A stretch of 38,443 bases of DNA from Candidatus Woesearchaeota archaeon CG11_big_fil_rev_8_21_14_0_20_43_8 (GCA_002762705.1 PCVE01000124.1:1-38443); one strand, 5' to 3'; shown: positions 24,938 to 34,707, numbered from the stretch's first letter. Program-made: numbers and translations. Notes: generated by a model not told the origin, from the sequence alone.

Positions 24938-26356
24938 TCAAGAGGTTTTGGAGATTATATTTCGGGCAGCCCAGATACCTGTTGCGCTTGCGTTGACAAT
25001 GCCCCGTGTCAGACCTGCGCCATCTCCGACAAAAAATAGATTCTTTATCTGGGCAGATGCCATGCCTTCGCCAAGAGCAGCCCTCATAGAATAATACTTT
25101 ATCTCTGGAGCATATAATAATGTCGAATCTGAATTTATCCCTGCGACAAGCTTATCGAGTTTTGCAAGCCCTTCGACGATATTCGCGACAACACGACCAG
25201 GAAGCGCCATGCTGATATCGCCCGGAGTCACATCTTTCATGGTCGGATTCACAAATCCTCTTTCGATACGTGCCCAGGTCGATCTTCGTCCTTTCTTCAG
25301 GTCTCCAAGCCTCTGGAGGATTGGTTTTCCACCGCCGATCGTGGTCGCTAGATGCGCAATCGATTTGCCATATTGATGAGTATCTTCGACAGGTTCTGTG
25401 AGATTCATACGTACAAGAAGAGCGAAATTCGTGTTCTCTGATTTCTTCTCGGCCATGGCATGGCCATTCACACCGATATAACCATTGTATACCTCTTTTG
25501 CTATATATCCCATCGGATTTGTGCAGAATGTCCTGACAAAATCATCATGCCTGTCTGTGAAGATATGGATCTTTGGATCCCAATTTACGTCTGTGAGCTC
25601 TTTCATGACATGGTAATTGGTCTCGACCCTCACGCCTATGTCTATCCCGAGGTTAGTCAGATGCACACCATATCGCTTTGCCATATTGATGAACCAGGAC
25701 TCCCCTTCTCTTCCAGGAGCCAAGATAACCTTGTCTGCTTTTATGGATCTATCTTTGAGTTTTATGCCGACTATGGTCTTTGTCTTGCCATCTTCAGTGA
25801 TATCAAGATCAACAACTTCTGTATTAAGCATGAAATCGACTTTCTTCTCTTCAAGGTACTTCTTGAATTTCGAGATGACTCCTGGAAGATTATCTGATCC
25901 TACATGACGTTGTTTCACTGGCAGATAACGCACCCCTGCTTTCGCTGCCCGTTCAAGAAGCTTCTTCGCCTTCTCTTTATCGAAGAGGATCTCTGTTGGA
26001 GCACCGAACTTTGTGAAGACTTCGCTCACCTGTTCGATCAGCTGCATCGTTACATCTCTTGATCCAGTATATCTGGTGACATCTCCGCCTATGCAAGGGT
26101 CCAAGTTGAGCTTTCCATCGCTCATGCCGCCAGCGCCACCTATGCCAGAAAGTATGCTGCAGACATCGCATTCAGCGCATGGCATCCCTTTATTCATAGG
26201 ACAGACCCTTCTGCTCACATCTGAGCCTTTTTCTATGAGAAGCACTGATAATTTAGAATTATTACAGAGTTCATATGCGGCGAATAGTCCACCAGGCCCG
26301 GCTCCGACTATTATCACATCATATTTTTTATCTGCCATGTGAACCATGAAAGACAT
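24938..26356 (-). CDS. FAD-dependent oxidoreductase (COG2509-type)
   Basis: YDVIIVGAGPGGLFAA is a dinucleotide-binding motif. A Cys cluster RRVCPMNKGMPCAECDVC and a C-terminal GDGAG motif are present. Three candidate ATGs occur at 26356, 26347 and 26338. Confidence 0.8.
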   Translation of the reverse strand: MSFMVHMADKKYDVIIVGAGPGGLFAAYELCNNSKLSVLLIEKGSDVSRRVCPMNKGMPCAECDVCSILSGIGGAGGMSDGKLNLDPCIGGDVTRYTGSRDVTMQLIEQVSEVFTKFGAPTEILFDKEKAKKLLERAAKAGVRYLPVKQRHVGSDNLPGVISKFKKYLEEKKVDFMLNTEVVDLDITEDGKTKTIVGIKLKDRSIKADKVILAPGREGESWFINMAKRYGVHLTNLGIDIGVRVETNYHVMKELTDVNWDPKIHIFTDRHDDFVRTFCTNPMGYIAKEVYNGYIGVNGHAMAEKKSENTNFALLVRMNLTEPVEDTHQYGKSIAHLATTIGGGKPILQRLGDLKKGRRSTWARIERGFVNPTMKDVTPGDISMALPGRVVANIVEGLAKLDKLVAGINSDSTLLYAPEIKYYSMRAALGEGMASAQIKNLFFVGDGAGLTRGIVNASATGIWAARNIISKTS

Positions 26357-26436
26357 GGATTTGGCATTTATATAAATCTTTGTACCAAAAAATTAAAAAC
26401 TGTCACGATCAAGTAATATGCATAAGGTGAAATAAT

Positions 26437-27105
26437 ATGGCACTTGGCATAATAGGAATACTTGGAAAATCAAAAGAGAAAGATACTTTGGATCTCATGA
26501 AAAAACACATCGAAAAAATCGTCGAGACAAAGGACGCATATAAAGAAGCATACACTTTGTTCAAGGCAAACAAGAAGAAGAAAGCTGAGATGATGGCCAA
26601 TACAGTCTCTGAGAAAGAACATGATGCTGATCTCATATGCAAGAGAATAGTCGTGAATCTATATGAAGGCGCGTTCATGCCTAATATGAGATCCAATATA
26701 TACAGGACTGTAGAAGAGATAGACACTGTGGCTGATAAGATCAAGAATGCCGCGAACATGATACCCTTTCTGAAAGTCGTCAAGCTGAATAACGTGTTGA
26801 AAGATATACTTGATGAATTGGCTGAACACATATATACCTGCGTCGACCATCTTCAGGACACTTTCTCAGCATTCTTGCAAGATGATGATACTGGCTTCAA
26901 AAAACATGTCGAGACCATGAAGATCATCGAAGAGAAAGCAGACAGGGCGCAGAAACTGATGTATCAAGAGCTGTTATTCAAAAAACATGATGCCAAAACA
27001 TTGCATATAGTCAGCGCATTTGGACATTTCATGGCCGCTGTGACAGATGCTGCTGACAATTCCTGTGATATCATGGAACTATTGCGTATCACGACCCAGA
27101 ACTGA
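26437..27105 (+). CDS. DUF47 / PhoU-like helical protein
   Basis: 222 aa with two repeated helical halves carrying E-x-x-(A/H)D motifs (SEKEHDADLI and IIEEKADRAQ) and acidic D-x-x-D motifs, as in DUF47/PhoU-related proteins. AAGGTGA precedes the ATG. Confidence 0.65.
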   Translation: MALGIIGILGKSKEKDTLDLMKKHIEKIVETKDAYKEAYTLFKANKKKKAEMMANTVSEKEHDADLICKRIVVNLYEGAFMPNMRSNIYRTVEEIDTVADKIKNAANMIPFLKVVKLNNVLKDILDELAEHIYTCVDHLQDTFSAFLQDDDTGFKKHVETMKIIEEKADRAQKLMYQELLFKKHDAKTLHIVSAFGHFMAAVTDAADNSCDIMELLRITTQN

Positions 27106-27151
27106 CGCTAAAGACTTTTATGCGTTTTTAGGATGTCTGAGACAGATTCAA

Positions 27152-27802
27152 TCAGAAATCAACCAGGTTCTTCTGTCCTTTTTTCTCTTTCACTTTCTTC
27201 CAGCTTGACCATGACTTCCTGAAGAAATCGAACTTATCCCAGTTTTTTTCCAGAAATTGCTTGGTCCTTGGGTCAGCCGGATATCCTGAACCGAATGATT
27301 CGCCAATCTGCTCTTCAAGTTTCTTCACTTCTCTATCTCGCACCACTTTCGCAAGGACCGATGCTGCGCTGACGACTGGATATGTCATATCCGCTTTATG
27401 CTCACAGACAAGATCGATCTTGCGTGAGATCAATCGTCTCACATATTCTGTGTAGGCTGGCACATTTGTGCTAGGACAGTCCAATATGGCTTTGTCGCCT
27501 GAAAGCTCATTTATTATCTGCGCGCTATGTGTGGCTTCAAGCCAATTGAGGTTGAAATTGGTTGCCTCGACCGCCCTGTCAACCTCTTCTGGACCGACCA
27601 CATGTATCTTATAATCTTTGACGATCTTTTTTATCTTCTCGAACATGCTTTCTCTTACATTTGGAGACAGGAGTTTTGAATCCTTGACACCAAGAGATAC
27701 CAATTTATGAATATCTTTCTCATCGATAGACACGCCGCACAAGACGATCGGACCTATGACTGGCCCTCGTCCTGCCTCATCAATACCGATTGTGACTGTC
27801 AT
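27152..27802 (-). CDS. rnhB: ribonuclease HII
   Basis: IGIDEAGRGPVIGPIVLCGV is the active-site motif. DSKLL and ASVLAKV are present, and the C-terminus has a PIP box, QKNLVDF. A TATA-like atatttatatatc lies 20-32 nt upstream. Confidence 0.95.
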   Translation of the reverse strand: MTVTIGIDEAGRGPVIGPIVLCGVSIDEKDIHKLVSLGVKDSKLLSPNVRESMFEKIKKIVKDYKIHVVGPEEVDRAVEATNFNLNWLEATHSAQIINELSGDKAILDCPSTNVPAYTEYVRRLISRKIDLVCEHKADMTYPVVSAASVLAKVVRDREVKKLEEQIGESFGSGYPADPRTKQFLEKNWDKFDFFRKSWSSWKKVKEKKGQKNLVDF

Positions 27803-28055
27803 GGCGTAGAACAGACAACGACGATATATAAATATTAGGGCGTTTTGGGCACAGTAGCATCTGTCAGTGATTGAACAATATAATGCAAACTCATGTCACG
27901 GCACTTTTGGGTGGGCGGGTGGTCTGGGAGGCATATTTTCGCTTGAATCAGGGGGGAAAGTGCCGGATCAAAAAAAAGTGAAAACAAGAAATCACTGGAG
28001 ATTGATACAGTGCCGGCGTTTGGTCTTTTGGGTCTTGGACAGATAATATCTATAG

Positions 28056-28110
28056 CCCACACCCAAACCTCACACCCCAAACCTCACACCCCATAGCTCA
28101 CACCCAAATA
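28056..28110 (+). repeat. four tandem 13-15-nt direct repeats (CTCACACCCCAAA-type)
   Basis: cccacacccaaa / cctcacaccccaaa / cctcacaccccata / gctcacacccaaata lie head to tail inside the 450-bp rnhB-leuS intergenic gap. Confidence 0.85.
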
Positions 28111-28251
28111 GACAACGCCCATATCATAGGTAACATATGACAATCAGTACGCAATGCCCACCCTAGGCCAAAACCCATAAATAGCTTTAAATATAATCCT
28201 TTATAACCGACTGACTGGAATTAATCAGGAATTAGCTTTGAGGGATTCAAT

Positions 28252-31095
28252 ATGGCTGACGATATCACAGATATATATAAGAAATGGCAGGAAAAGTGGA
28301 CTAAAGACAAGATCTTCGAACCAGCTCCGGACAACAGAAAGAAATTCTTCTGCAATTTTCCATATCCATACATCAATGCATATCAGCATATCGGACATCT
28401 GTTCACTTTGATGCGTGTCGAAGCCTTCGCAAGGTACAAGCGTCTCAAGGGATTCAATGTGCTTTTCCCTCAGGGCTGGCATGCAACTGGTTCGCCTATT
28501 GTCCAGGCAGCGAAACGTGTAAAAGACAGAGAACCAAAACAGATGAAGATCATGACAGACATGGGCTTCACAGATAAAGATATATCAAAGTTTGAAGATC
28601 CATTGTACTGGATCGAGTTCTTCGCGCCGGAATTCCGTAGTGATTATCAGTCTATTGGCATGAGCGTAGACTGGCGGCGTGAGTTCCACACAACAAGCAT
28701 AAATCCTCATTATGATAAGTTCATCCGATGGCAATTCGGCAAATTACACGAGAAGGGATATGTCATCAAAGGAAAGCTTCCAGTCGTATGGGACCCAAAA
28801 GAGAACATGCCTGTCGGAGACCATGATAGGATCAAAGGAGAGGGCGAGACACCGCAGGAAATGATGCTTGTCAAGCACAAGCTTAACGATGGAAAGTACC
28901 TTGTGAGTGCTACTCTTCGTCCAGACACAATCCTTGGTATCACGAATCTCTATGTCCATCCGAAGTTCGATTACCAGGAGATAGAGATAGATAAAGAGAG
29001 ATGGATCATCGGAGAATACGGTGTAAAGAGATTGGTCGAGCAGGATAGGGAACTGAAAGTTATAAGCACTGTGAATGGCGCAGACCTTATCGGACAGAAG
29101 ACTGAAGAATATGATGGCCATTCAGTGCTTGTGCTACCTGCGACATTCCTTGATCCAAAAGTCGGGACCGGTCTTGTCCATTCAGTGCCATCGGATTCCG
29201 CTGATGATCTTATCGCTCTATGGGATCTGCAGAAAGATGAAGCACACATGAAGAAGTATGGGCTGGACATCGAAGAAGTGCGTGCGATAAAACCTATCGC
29301 GATATTGGATACGCCTGGTTTCGGCCAAATCGCTGCAGAGACCATACTCAAGAAATACAATGTCAAGACACAGAACGAAAGAGGCAAACTTGACCAGATA
29401 AGAAAAGAATTATACAAGGCAAGCCATTATACCGCGACATTTAATGAGAAATATAAAGATCGGTTCGGGATTGATCTTCATGGAAAGAAAGTAGAAGACG
29501 GAAAAGATATAATCAAACGCGAACTTGTCAAGTCGGGCTGGGCAGACTCATTCTTCCAGCTGACTGGTGAGATCGTATCTCGGTCACTTACCGAATGCAT
29601 CGTGAAGATTGTATCAGACCAATGGTTCATCGATTACGGCAACCCGGAATGGAAGAGAGATGCCCACAAGTGCCTTGATAAGATGAAGATGTTTCCTGAA
29701 AAAGCCAGACAACAATTCGATTATGTCATTGACTGGCTGCATGAATGGGCTTGCACGCGTGAAGCTGGTCTTGGGACTCTGCTTCCATGGGATGAGAAAT
29801 GGTTGATAGAGAGTCTATCAGATTCTACCATCTATATGGCATATTATACAATCAGCCACATCATAAAAGAGATACCAATCGGACAGGTCGATGATGCACT
29901 GTTCGATTATATATTCATGAAGAAAGATGTCGAAGTGAAGTGTGATAAAACACTTGCTGACCAGATGCGAAAAGAATTTGGATATTGGTACCCAGTCGAT
30001 TTTCGTAATTCAGGAAAGGATCTCATACAGAACCATCTGTCATTCTTCATCTTCAACCACACAGCGATATTCCCTGAAGACAAATGGCCTGTTGGGATAG
30101 GTGTCAATGGCTGGGTGATGGTCGATGGACAGAAGATGTCAAAGTCGCTTGGTAATATGATTCCTGTAAGGAAAGTTGTCAAGGAGTTCGGCCCGGATGC
30201 TTGCCGACTTACGATACTCAACGGCGGAGAAGGCATGGATGATCCTAATTGGGAGACAAGCATGGTCTCAAGTCTCCCGCAGAAGTTCTCTCAATTGCTG
30301 TCTTTTGTCAAAGAGCAATATGGAAAAGGCAGAGATGAGGAGAGTTCTATCGATGGCTGGTTCGAATCTGTGTTGAACAGATGCATACGAGACGCGACAA
30401 AGTGCATGGAAGATACCATGTTCCGAAGCGCCATAAAATTGATCTTCTTCGATCTTGGACGGATGACTAAACAATACATCAACCGTTCTGACGGGATGCC
30501 GAACAAAGATATCATGGAAAAAGCCATAGAAGCGCAGCTTGTGATGCTCTCGCCGTTCGCGCCGCACATCTGCGAAGAGGCATGGGAATCGATCGGGAAG
30601 AAAAGTTATATCTCGCTAGCGAAATGGCCAGAATATGATGAGCAGAAGATAGATGATTCTGCAGAAGCAGTCCAGGACCTTGTGCAGACAGTAAGGAGCG
30701 ATATCCGTGCTGTCCTAAGCCTTGCGAAGATAGAGAGACCTGATAAGATCACCCTTTTTATCCCTTCGTCATGGAAATATGGATTTGTCGAATTGATAAA
30801 AGAGAAGATGAAAGAGACGAGAAATCCTGGCGATATCATAAAAACAGTCATGGCGACTGACATGAAGAAGCAGGGACAGACAGTCATGAAAACAATACCT
30901 AAGCTTGTGAATGACCCTTCGAAGATACCTGCTGTGGTGCTGGATCAGGAGAGAGAAATTTGTGCCCTCATGGACGCAAAGCAATCTCTTGAGAAGGAGT
31001 TTTTGTCCATACTCAACATTATTAAAGAAGAAGAGTCTAATGAACAGAAGGCAAAGCAGGCGATGCCAGGAAAACCCGCCATACTGCTATCATAG
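28252..31095 (+). CDS. leuS: leucyl-tRNA synthetase (archaeal type)
   Basis: 947 aa. PYINAYQHIGHLF is a HIGH-like motif and GQKMSKSLGN is the KMSKS motif. An editing-domain insertion lies between them. Confidence 0.95.
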   Translation: MADDITDIYKKWQEKWTKDKIFEPAPDNRKKFFCNFPYPYINAYQHIGHLFTLMRVEAFARYKRLKGFNVLFPQGWHATGSPIVQAAKRVKDREPKQMKIMTDMGFTDKDISKFEDPLYWIEFFAPEFRSDYQSIGMSVDWRREFHTTSINPHYDKFIRWQFGKLHEKGYVIKGKLPVVWDPKENMPVGDHDRIKGEGETPQEMMLVKHKLNDGKYLVSATLRPDTILGITNLYVHPKFDYQEIEIDKERWIIGEYGVKRLVEQDRELKVISTVNGADLIGQKTEEYDGHSVLVLPATFLDPKVGTGLVHSVPSDSADDLIALWDLQKDEAHMKKYGLDIEEVRAIKPIAILDTPGFGQIAAETILKKYNVKTQNERGKLDQIRKELYKASHYTATFNEKYKDRFGIDLHGKKVEDGKDIIKRELVKSGWADSFFQLTGEIVSRSLTECIVKIVSDQWFIDYGNPEWKRDAHKCLDKMKMFPEKARQQFDYVIDWLHEWACTREAGLGTLLPWDEKWLIESLSDSTIYMAYYTISHIIKEIPIGQVDDALFDYIFMKKDVEVKCDKTLADQMRKEFGYWYPVDFRNSGKDLIQNHLSFFIFNHTAIFPEDKWPVGIGVNGWVMVDGQKMSKSLGNMIPVRKVVKEFGPDACRLTILNGGEGMDDPNWETSMVSSLPQKFSQLLSFVKEQYGKGRDEESSIDGWFESVLNRCIRDATKCMEDTMFRSAIKLIFFDLGRMTKQYINRSDGMPNKDIMEKAIEAQLVMLSPFAPHICEEAWESIGKKSYISLAKWPEYDEQKIDDSAEAVQDLVQTVRSDIRAVLSLAKIERPDKITLFIPSSWKYGFVELIKEKMKETRNPGDIIKTVMATDMKKQGQTVMKTIPKLVNDPSKIPAVVLDQEREICALMDAKQSLEKEFLSILNIIKEEESNEQKAKQAMPGKPAILLS

Positions 31096-31103
31096 GTATC
31101 AAG

Positions 31104-31775
31104 ATGAAAAAACATATGCTGACTGTAAGCGATATCAGAAAGGATGACACTGTGAGACAGCTCATCAAGCATGCAGATAGTTATCTGGAAAGCATAAAGT
31201 TCACAAAACATGGTGAAGTGCATGCCTCGAATGTCAGCTGGCACGCAAAAGATATACTTCTGAAACTTGGATTTGACAACAGAGAGGCAGAGCTTGCCGC
31301 GATCAGCGGATACATCCATGATGTCGGAAATTTCATCAACAGGCAGAACCATGAGATCACGGGTGCCACACTTGCCATGAAACTCCTCGACAAGTTAGGG
31401 ATGGATCTGAAAGAGACGCTTGATATAGCGCAGGCGATAGGGAACCACGATGAGAAATCAGGCATCCCAGTGAGCAACATCACAGCAGCAGTCATAATCG
31501 CAGACAAATGTGATGTCCATAGATCAAGAGTCAGAAGCAAAGGGACAATACATGATGACATCCATGATAGGGTCAATTATGCAGTGAAGAAAGCGTCGCT
31601 CAAGATATTCAAGAAGAAGAAGATAATCCAGCTGGCGCTTGAGATCGATACAGCGATAGCTGCGGTCATCGATTATTTCGAGATATTCCTATCACGTATG
31701 GTCATCTGCAAGAAGGCCGCGGATTTCTTAGGATGCAAATTCGAGCTTGTGATCAATGGGAATAAGCTGGTTTGA
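31104..31775 (+). CDS. HD-domain metal-dependent phosphohydrolase
   Basis: HASNV...GYIHDVGN (HD dyad), GNHDE and IIADKCD are present. The gene starts 8 nt after the leuS stop, so co-transcription is likely. Confidence 0.75.
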   Translation: MKKHMLTVSDIRKDDTVRQLIKHADSYLESIKFTKHGEVHASNVSWHAKDILLKLGFDNREAELAAISGYIHDVGNFINRQNHEITGATLAMKLLDKLGMDLKETLDIAQAIGNHDEKSGIPVSNITAAVIIADKCDVHRSRVRSKGTIHDDIHDRVNYAVKKASLKIFKKKKIIQLALEIDTAIAAVIDYFEIFLSRMVICKKAADFLGCKFELVINGNKLV

Positions 31776-31909
31776 TAACCTTTTTCCAATAAAATATTTG
31801 ATATCATAAAAGTGCGCTTGAGTCCAAAGGACGAACGCACATCCGTGGCTACGGCGGAAAACGTAGTTTTCTTAATATTTTTATATTAATTCAATATCCA
31901 ATCACTAAA

Positions 31910-32323
31910 ATGGTATATGACATATTCGCAGGCGGACCATCACAGCACAGAGCAAGAGAACCATACATCGATATGCTAAGAGATGCATTCCCAGACAAAG
32001 AGATATTCTCGCCATTCGATCGACCTACACAGGAAGATGGCGCATGGAAATATGATAATCTGCAGGGAATCATGGGTTCAAGAGCGATGTTGAACTGCGT
32101 CCCGTCATTCCCGTTCCCAGGCGTCATGTTCGAAGCAGGATTCTTCTATAACGCGAATTGTGAGAGACCTGGCGAGAATCTGGTCCAGCTTGTTTCTGTC
32201 ATCGATCCAAAAGATCTTGAAGGTCCATCAGGAAAGAGCGTCCTCTCTGCTTACGGACAGATGGTCACCGATATGGATTCTGCGATAGAAAGATTGAATG
32301 CTTACTTCGATTCTTTGCGATGA
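31910..32323 (+). CDS. nucleoside 2-deoxyribosyltransferase-like (NDT/flavodoxin-like fold) protein, tentative
   Basis: 137 aa. MVYDIFAGGP resembles the N-terminal iYfAGP motif, and GVMFEAGFFY resembles the catalytic G-x-x-x-E-x-G region of the NDT family. This is a weak motif-level call. Confidence 0.4.
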   Translation: MVYDIFAGGPSQHRAREPYIDMLRDAFPDKEIFSPFDRPTQEDGAWKYDNLQGIMGSRAMLNCVPSFPFPGVMFEAGFFYNANCERPGENLVQLVSVIDPKDLEGPSGKSVLSAYGQMVTDMDSAIERLNAYFDSLR

Positions 32324-33609
32324 CCGGTCGCTTTCGCGACTTCTGTGTTTATCCGCAATATCTCTAGCTCGTCATTCGGGTCGATTAATTCATCATGGAC
32401 TTTCTTTGCGACCGCTGTCATGACGGCCCTAAGAGAACAAGGATGATGAAAACGGTCACCAAACACTGACGGTCTTATGTATCTTGCGTATTCTTTGAAT
32501 CTGTTATCAGCATGCAACTTGTAGATGAAGCTGTCTTGCATAGAATTCAAGATCGAGATGAAATCTTGATTGTGGATGTTGCCATAGCCCTCACCGACAT
32601 TCGCAAGACGGCATGTCGCGATCTCGCCGTTGGCTTTTATCGTGAGATTATCCGGACGGAAGAAACCAGGGCATCGCATAAGGCTAAGACCCTTATCAAT
32701 ATCGAGTATCCCTTCTTTTCTATTCGCATCGTTTCCGATGTCAATACGATTAGTGATGATGTTATCATCATCAGAAAGCAGATGACCTACCATATTCTTA
32801 TGTGTCGTGTGCTTTGGAAAGTCATATATCTTCTGCGCAAGACCCACAAGATGAGAATCATCAACATGGTCAGATGTAAGGAACGACAATCTGACAGTCA
32901 GACCGGATTCCTTGGCTTCATCAATACCGCCCATGATCGCATCATAAAGGCCATCTCTGCCCCTTGATCTGTCGTGGGAATCTCTATCACCATCGATGCT
33001 GAAGAGCAGATGCGTGAGACCTCGCTCTTTTAGTTCTGAAAAATATTCTTTTCTGTCTTTATACTTTTTACCGGCGGCATTGAACCCACCTTCTTCCATG
33101 CAGAACCATCCGTTTGACAGAAGCACGACATCCAGATCTCCTTGTGAAGATATATGCTCTGACAGATCAAGCCAGTTGCGACCATACTTCGATACCTCGC
33201 CGCCGATGAACAGGAATCTTTTCACTCCCATGACAACAGAGGCATCAGCCGCTTTTTTCAGCACATAGATGTCTTTCTCTGTTGTGTGTCTGACTGTCGC
33301 ATTATAACACATCTCGCAGTCAAAATTACATAATGAAGTATATTCAAATATTATCCACCTGACATGCTCCAATGGATTCTGCTTGTATCTGCGTTTTATT
33401 AGGTTTTTAGTATCATACGTGCTCCTTAGAAATCCTTTTTTTATCAAGAGGGGATCGATACTTGTCTCTTCTGCGGGAAGTATTGTGTGGTTATAGACAT
33501 CGATGACTCTTGATCTCTCATCTACAGGAAGGAATCTTTTAAGATCAGTGTCATGCGTGAGTTCATGCACCCATTTATGTCCATAATTCGAAAGGGAGAC
33601 ATTTTTCAT
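32302..33609 (-). CDS. radical SAM protein with an N-terminal extension and a twitch-like C-terminal region
   Basis: 435 aa. CNFDCEMC (CxxxCxxC) falls at residues 94-101, after an ~85-aa extension. FIGGEV and SIDG motifs are present. The C-terminal MRCPGFF...NGEIATCRLA region has only about three Cys. The 3' end overlaps the convergent 31910-32323 ORF by 22 nt. Confidence 0.8.
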   Translation of the reverse strand: MKNVSLSNYGHKWVHELTHDTDLKRFLPVDERSRVIDVYNHTILPAEETSIDPLLIKKGFLRSTYDTKNLIKRRYKQNPLEHVRWIIFEYTSLCNFDCEMCYNATVRHTTEKDIYVLKKAADASVVMGVKRFLFIGGEVSKYGRNWLDLSEHISSQGDLDVVLLSNGWFCMEEGGFNAAGKKYKDRKEYFSELKERGLTHLLFSIDGDRDSHDRSRGRDGLYDAIMGGIDEAKESGLTVRLSFLTSDHVDDSHLVGLAQKIYDFPKHTTHKNMVGHLLSDDDNIITNRIDIGNDANRKEGILDIDKGLSLMRCPGFFRPDNLTIKANGEIATCRLANVGEGYGNIHNQDFISILNSMQDSFIYKLHADNRFKEYARYIRPSVFGDRFHHPCSLRAVMTAVAKKVHDELIDPNDELEILRINTEVAKATGHRKESK

Positions 33610-33648
33610 AAAAGAGTGGAGAACAGATCAGCTTATTAGCATTTCTAT

Positions 33649-34206
33649 TCAGATCTTATATTCATTGAACCGGCCAGGAGCATTCGCGTCATAATATCCC
33701 AGAGCTGGAATCTGCTTATTGATCTTTTTCAATCTTTTCTTCGCAGCTTTTAGTGATTTCTTATCAAGCCCTTGTGGGATATAAAGCCTGCTTGGGAAAC
33801 TTCCGATATGCGGGATTATATTCTCCCAATCGATCCATAATGCATCGAATGGAAGGATACTCTTATCTGCAAATTCTTCAGGACTGTTTATATTTCGATA
33901 GATCTGTTTTATCATATTCTTGCTTTTGTCCCAGAACCCTTCTGTGGTCTCTGGCTTGCAGACTGGACATGGAATGAAACCATATAAAATCAATCTATCA
34001 AGCCCATTGTTGCCAGCAGCGAGCAACACTTCATCTATCTTTTTTGGACCACGATTACCAGCAGGACAGAAAGTATGGCCAAAAAGACCAGTCGACAGAC
34101 GTGCAGACCAGAGCTTATCTTCTGGATTTTCTTTTTTATACACTGCGATCTCTCGTAGATCCATCTTCTGAAAATTATCATTATTTATCATAAAATATTC
34201 ATTCAT
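33649..34206 (-). CDS. hypothetical protein with an Ada-like H/C...CxxC zinc-binding motif
   Basis: GHTFC-x31-CPVCKP is reminiscent of the Ada N-terminal metal-binding domain (YH..C ... PC..C.P). A basic C-terminal half follows. The track start at 34221 is TTG; ATGs occur at 34206, 34191 and 34164. Confidence 0.5.
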   Translation of the reverse strand: MNEYFMINNDNFQKMDLREIAVYKKENPEDKLWSARLSTGLFGHTFCPAGNRGPKKIDEVLLAAGNNGLDRLILYGFIPCPVCKPETTEGFWDKSKNMIKQIYRNINSPEEFADKSILPFDALWIDWENIIPHIGSFPSRLYIPQGLDKKSLKAAKKRLKKINKQIPALGYYDANAPGRFNEYKI

Positions 34207-34258
34207 CAGTATCAGCCCCAAAAAAAATCATGTTGATATCAATTATAAATGTTATGGA

Positions 34259-34537
34259 TCAGAGACGCAATAGTAAGAATACAACACCAAAAAGAAATAA
34301 TGTTAAAGCAAGCCACAGGAGCGCAGATCTGATTTTTGGATTATTCTGCAGATATCTTTGGCTGCAATAACCAAGCAATAGCAATCCAAGACAGAACATG
34401 ACCACCTGATGCCAATAATCACCTAACGGCGGAATGAAAGATGTGATAATCGCGACAGTCATCATCGCAAATGCAATTATAGTCACATTGGATCTGAGTT
34501 CTTTGAATAGCTGGTCATCTGTTTTCTTTTTCATCAT
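34259..34537 (-). CDS. small membrane protein (92 aa, ~3 TM helices)
   Basis: An MMKKKTDD basic N-terminus is followed by three hydrophobic segments. No family was recognised. Confidence 0.5.
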   Translation of the reverse strand: MMKKKTDDQLFKELRSNVTIIAFAMMTVAIITSFIPPLGDYWHQVVMFCLGLLLLGYCSQRYLQNNPKIRSALLWLALTLFLFGVVFLLLRL

Positions 34538-34707
34538 TATAGAAATAGGTCAATGAATATTTAATTGTTATTATGATAAGCTAATCATTTGATATACACA
34601 AAAAATCATATTCAAACCATAAAAAGAAGATAAAACTTGATGATAAAAGAATCAAATAAAAAAATAAGAGAATAAACAAAGCCTTCTTTAGCTTCTCCAG
34701 ATAATGA

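Noticed and set aside
27835-28080. An 81-aa minus-strand ORF in the rnhB-leuS gap. Also an RNase P-like hint: GGGGGAAAGUGCCGG resembles CR-I, and ACAGUGCCGGCGUU resembles CR-V.
   Set aside because: The ORF has no start context and a repeat-derived translation. The two RNase P-like strands could pair over 9 bp but are only ~45 nt apart. That is too short to hold even a minimal catalytic domain, and no P1-P3 or P15 equivalents could be drawn.
28056-28110. The tandem direct repeats as a possible CRISPR array.
   Set aside because: The units are 13-15 nt and directly abut with no spacers. No cas genes are in the window.
31800-31870. Two small hairpins (GTGCG...CGCAC and CCGTGGCTACGG) after the HD-domain gene, as a possible ncRNA or tRNA fragment.
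   Set aside because: No cloverleaf or known ncRNA motif is present. The stems are short (4-5 bp) and are most simply 3'-end or terminator structure.
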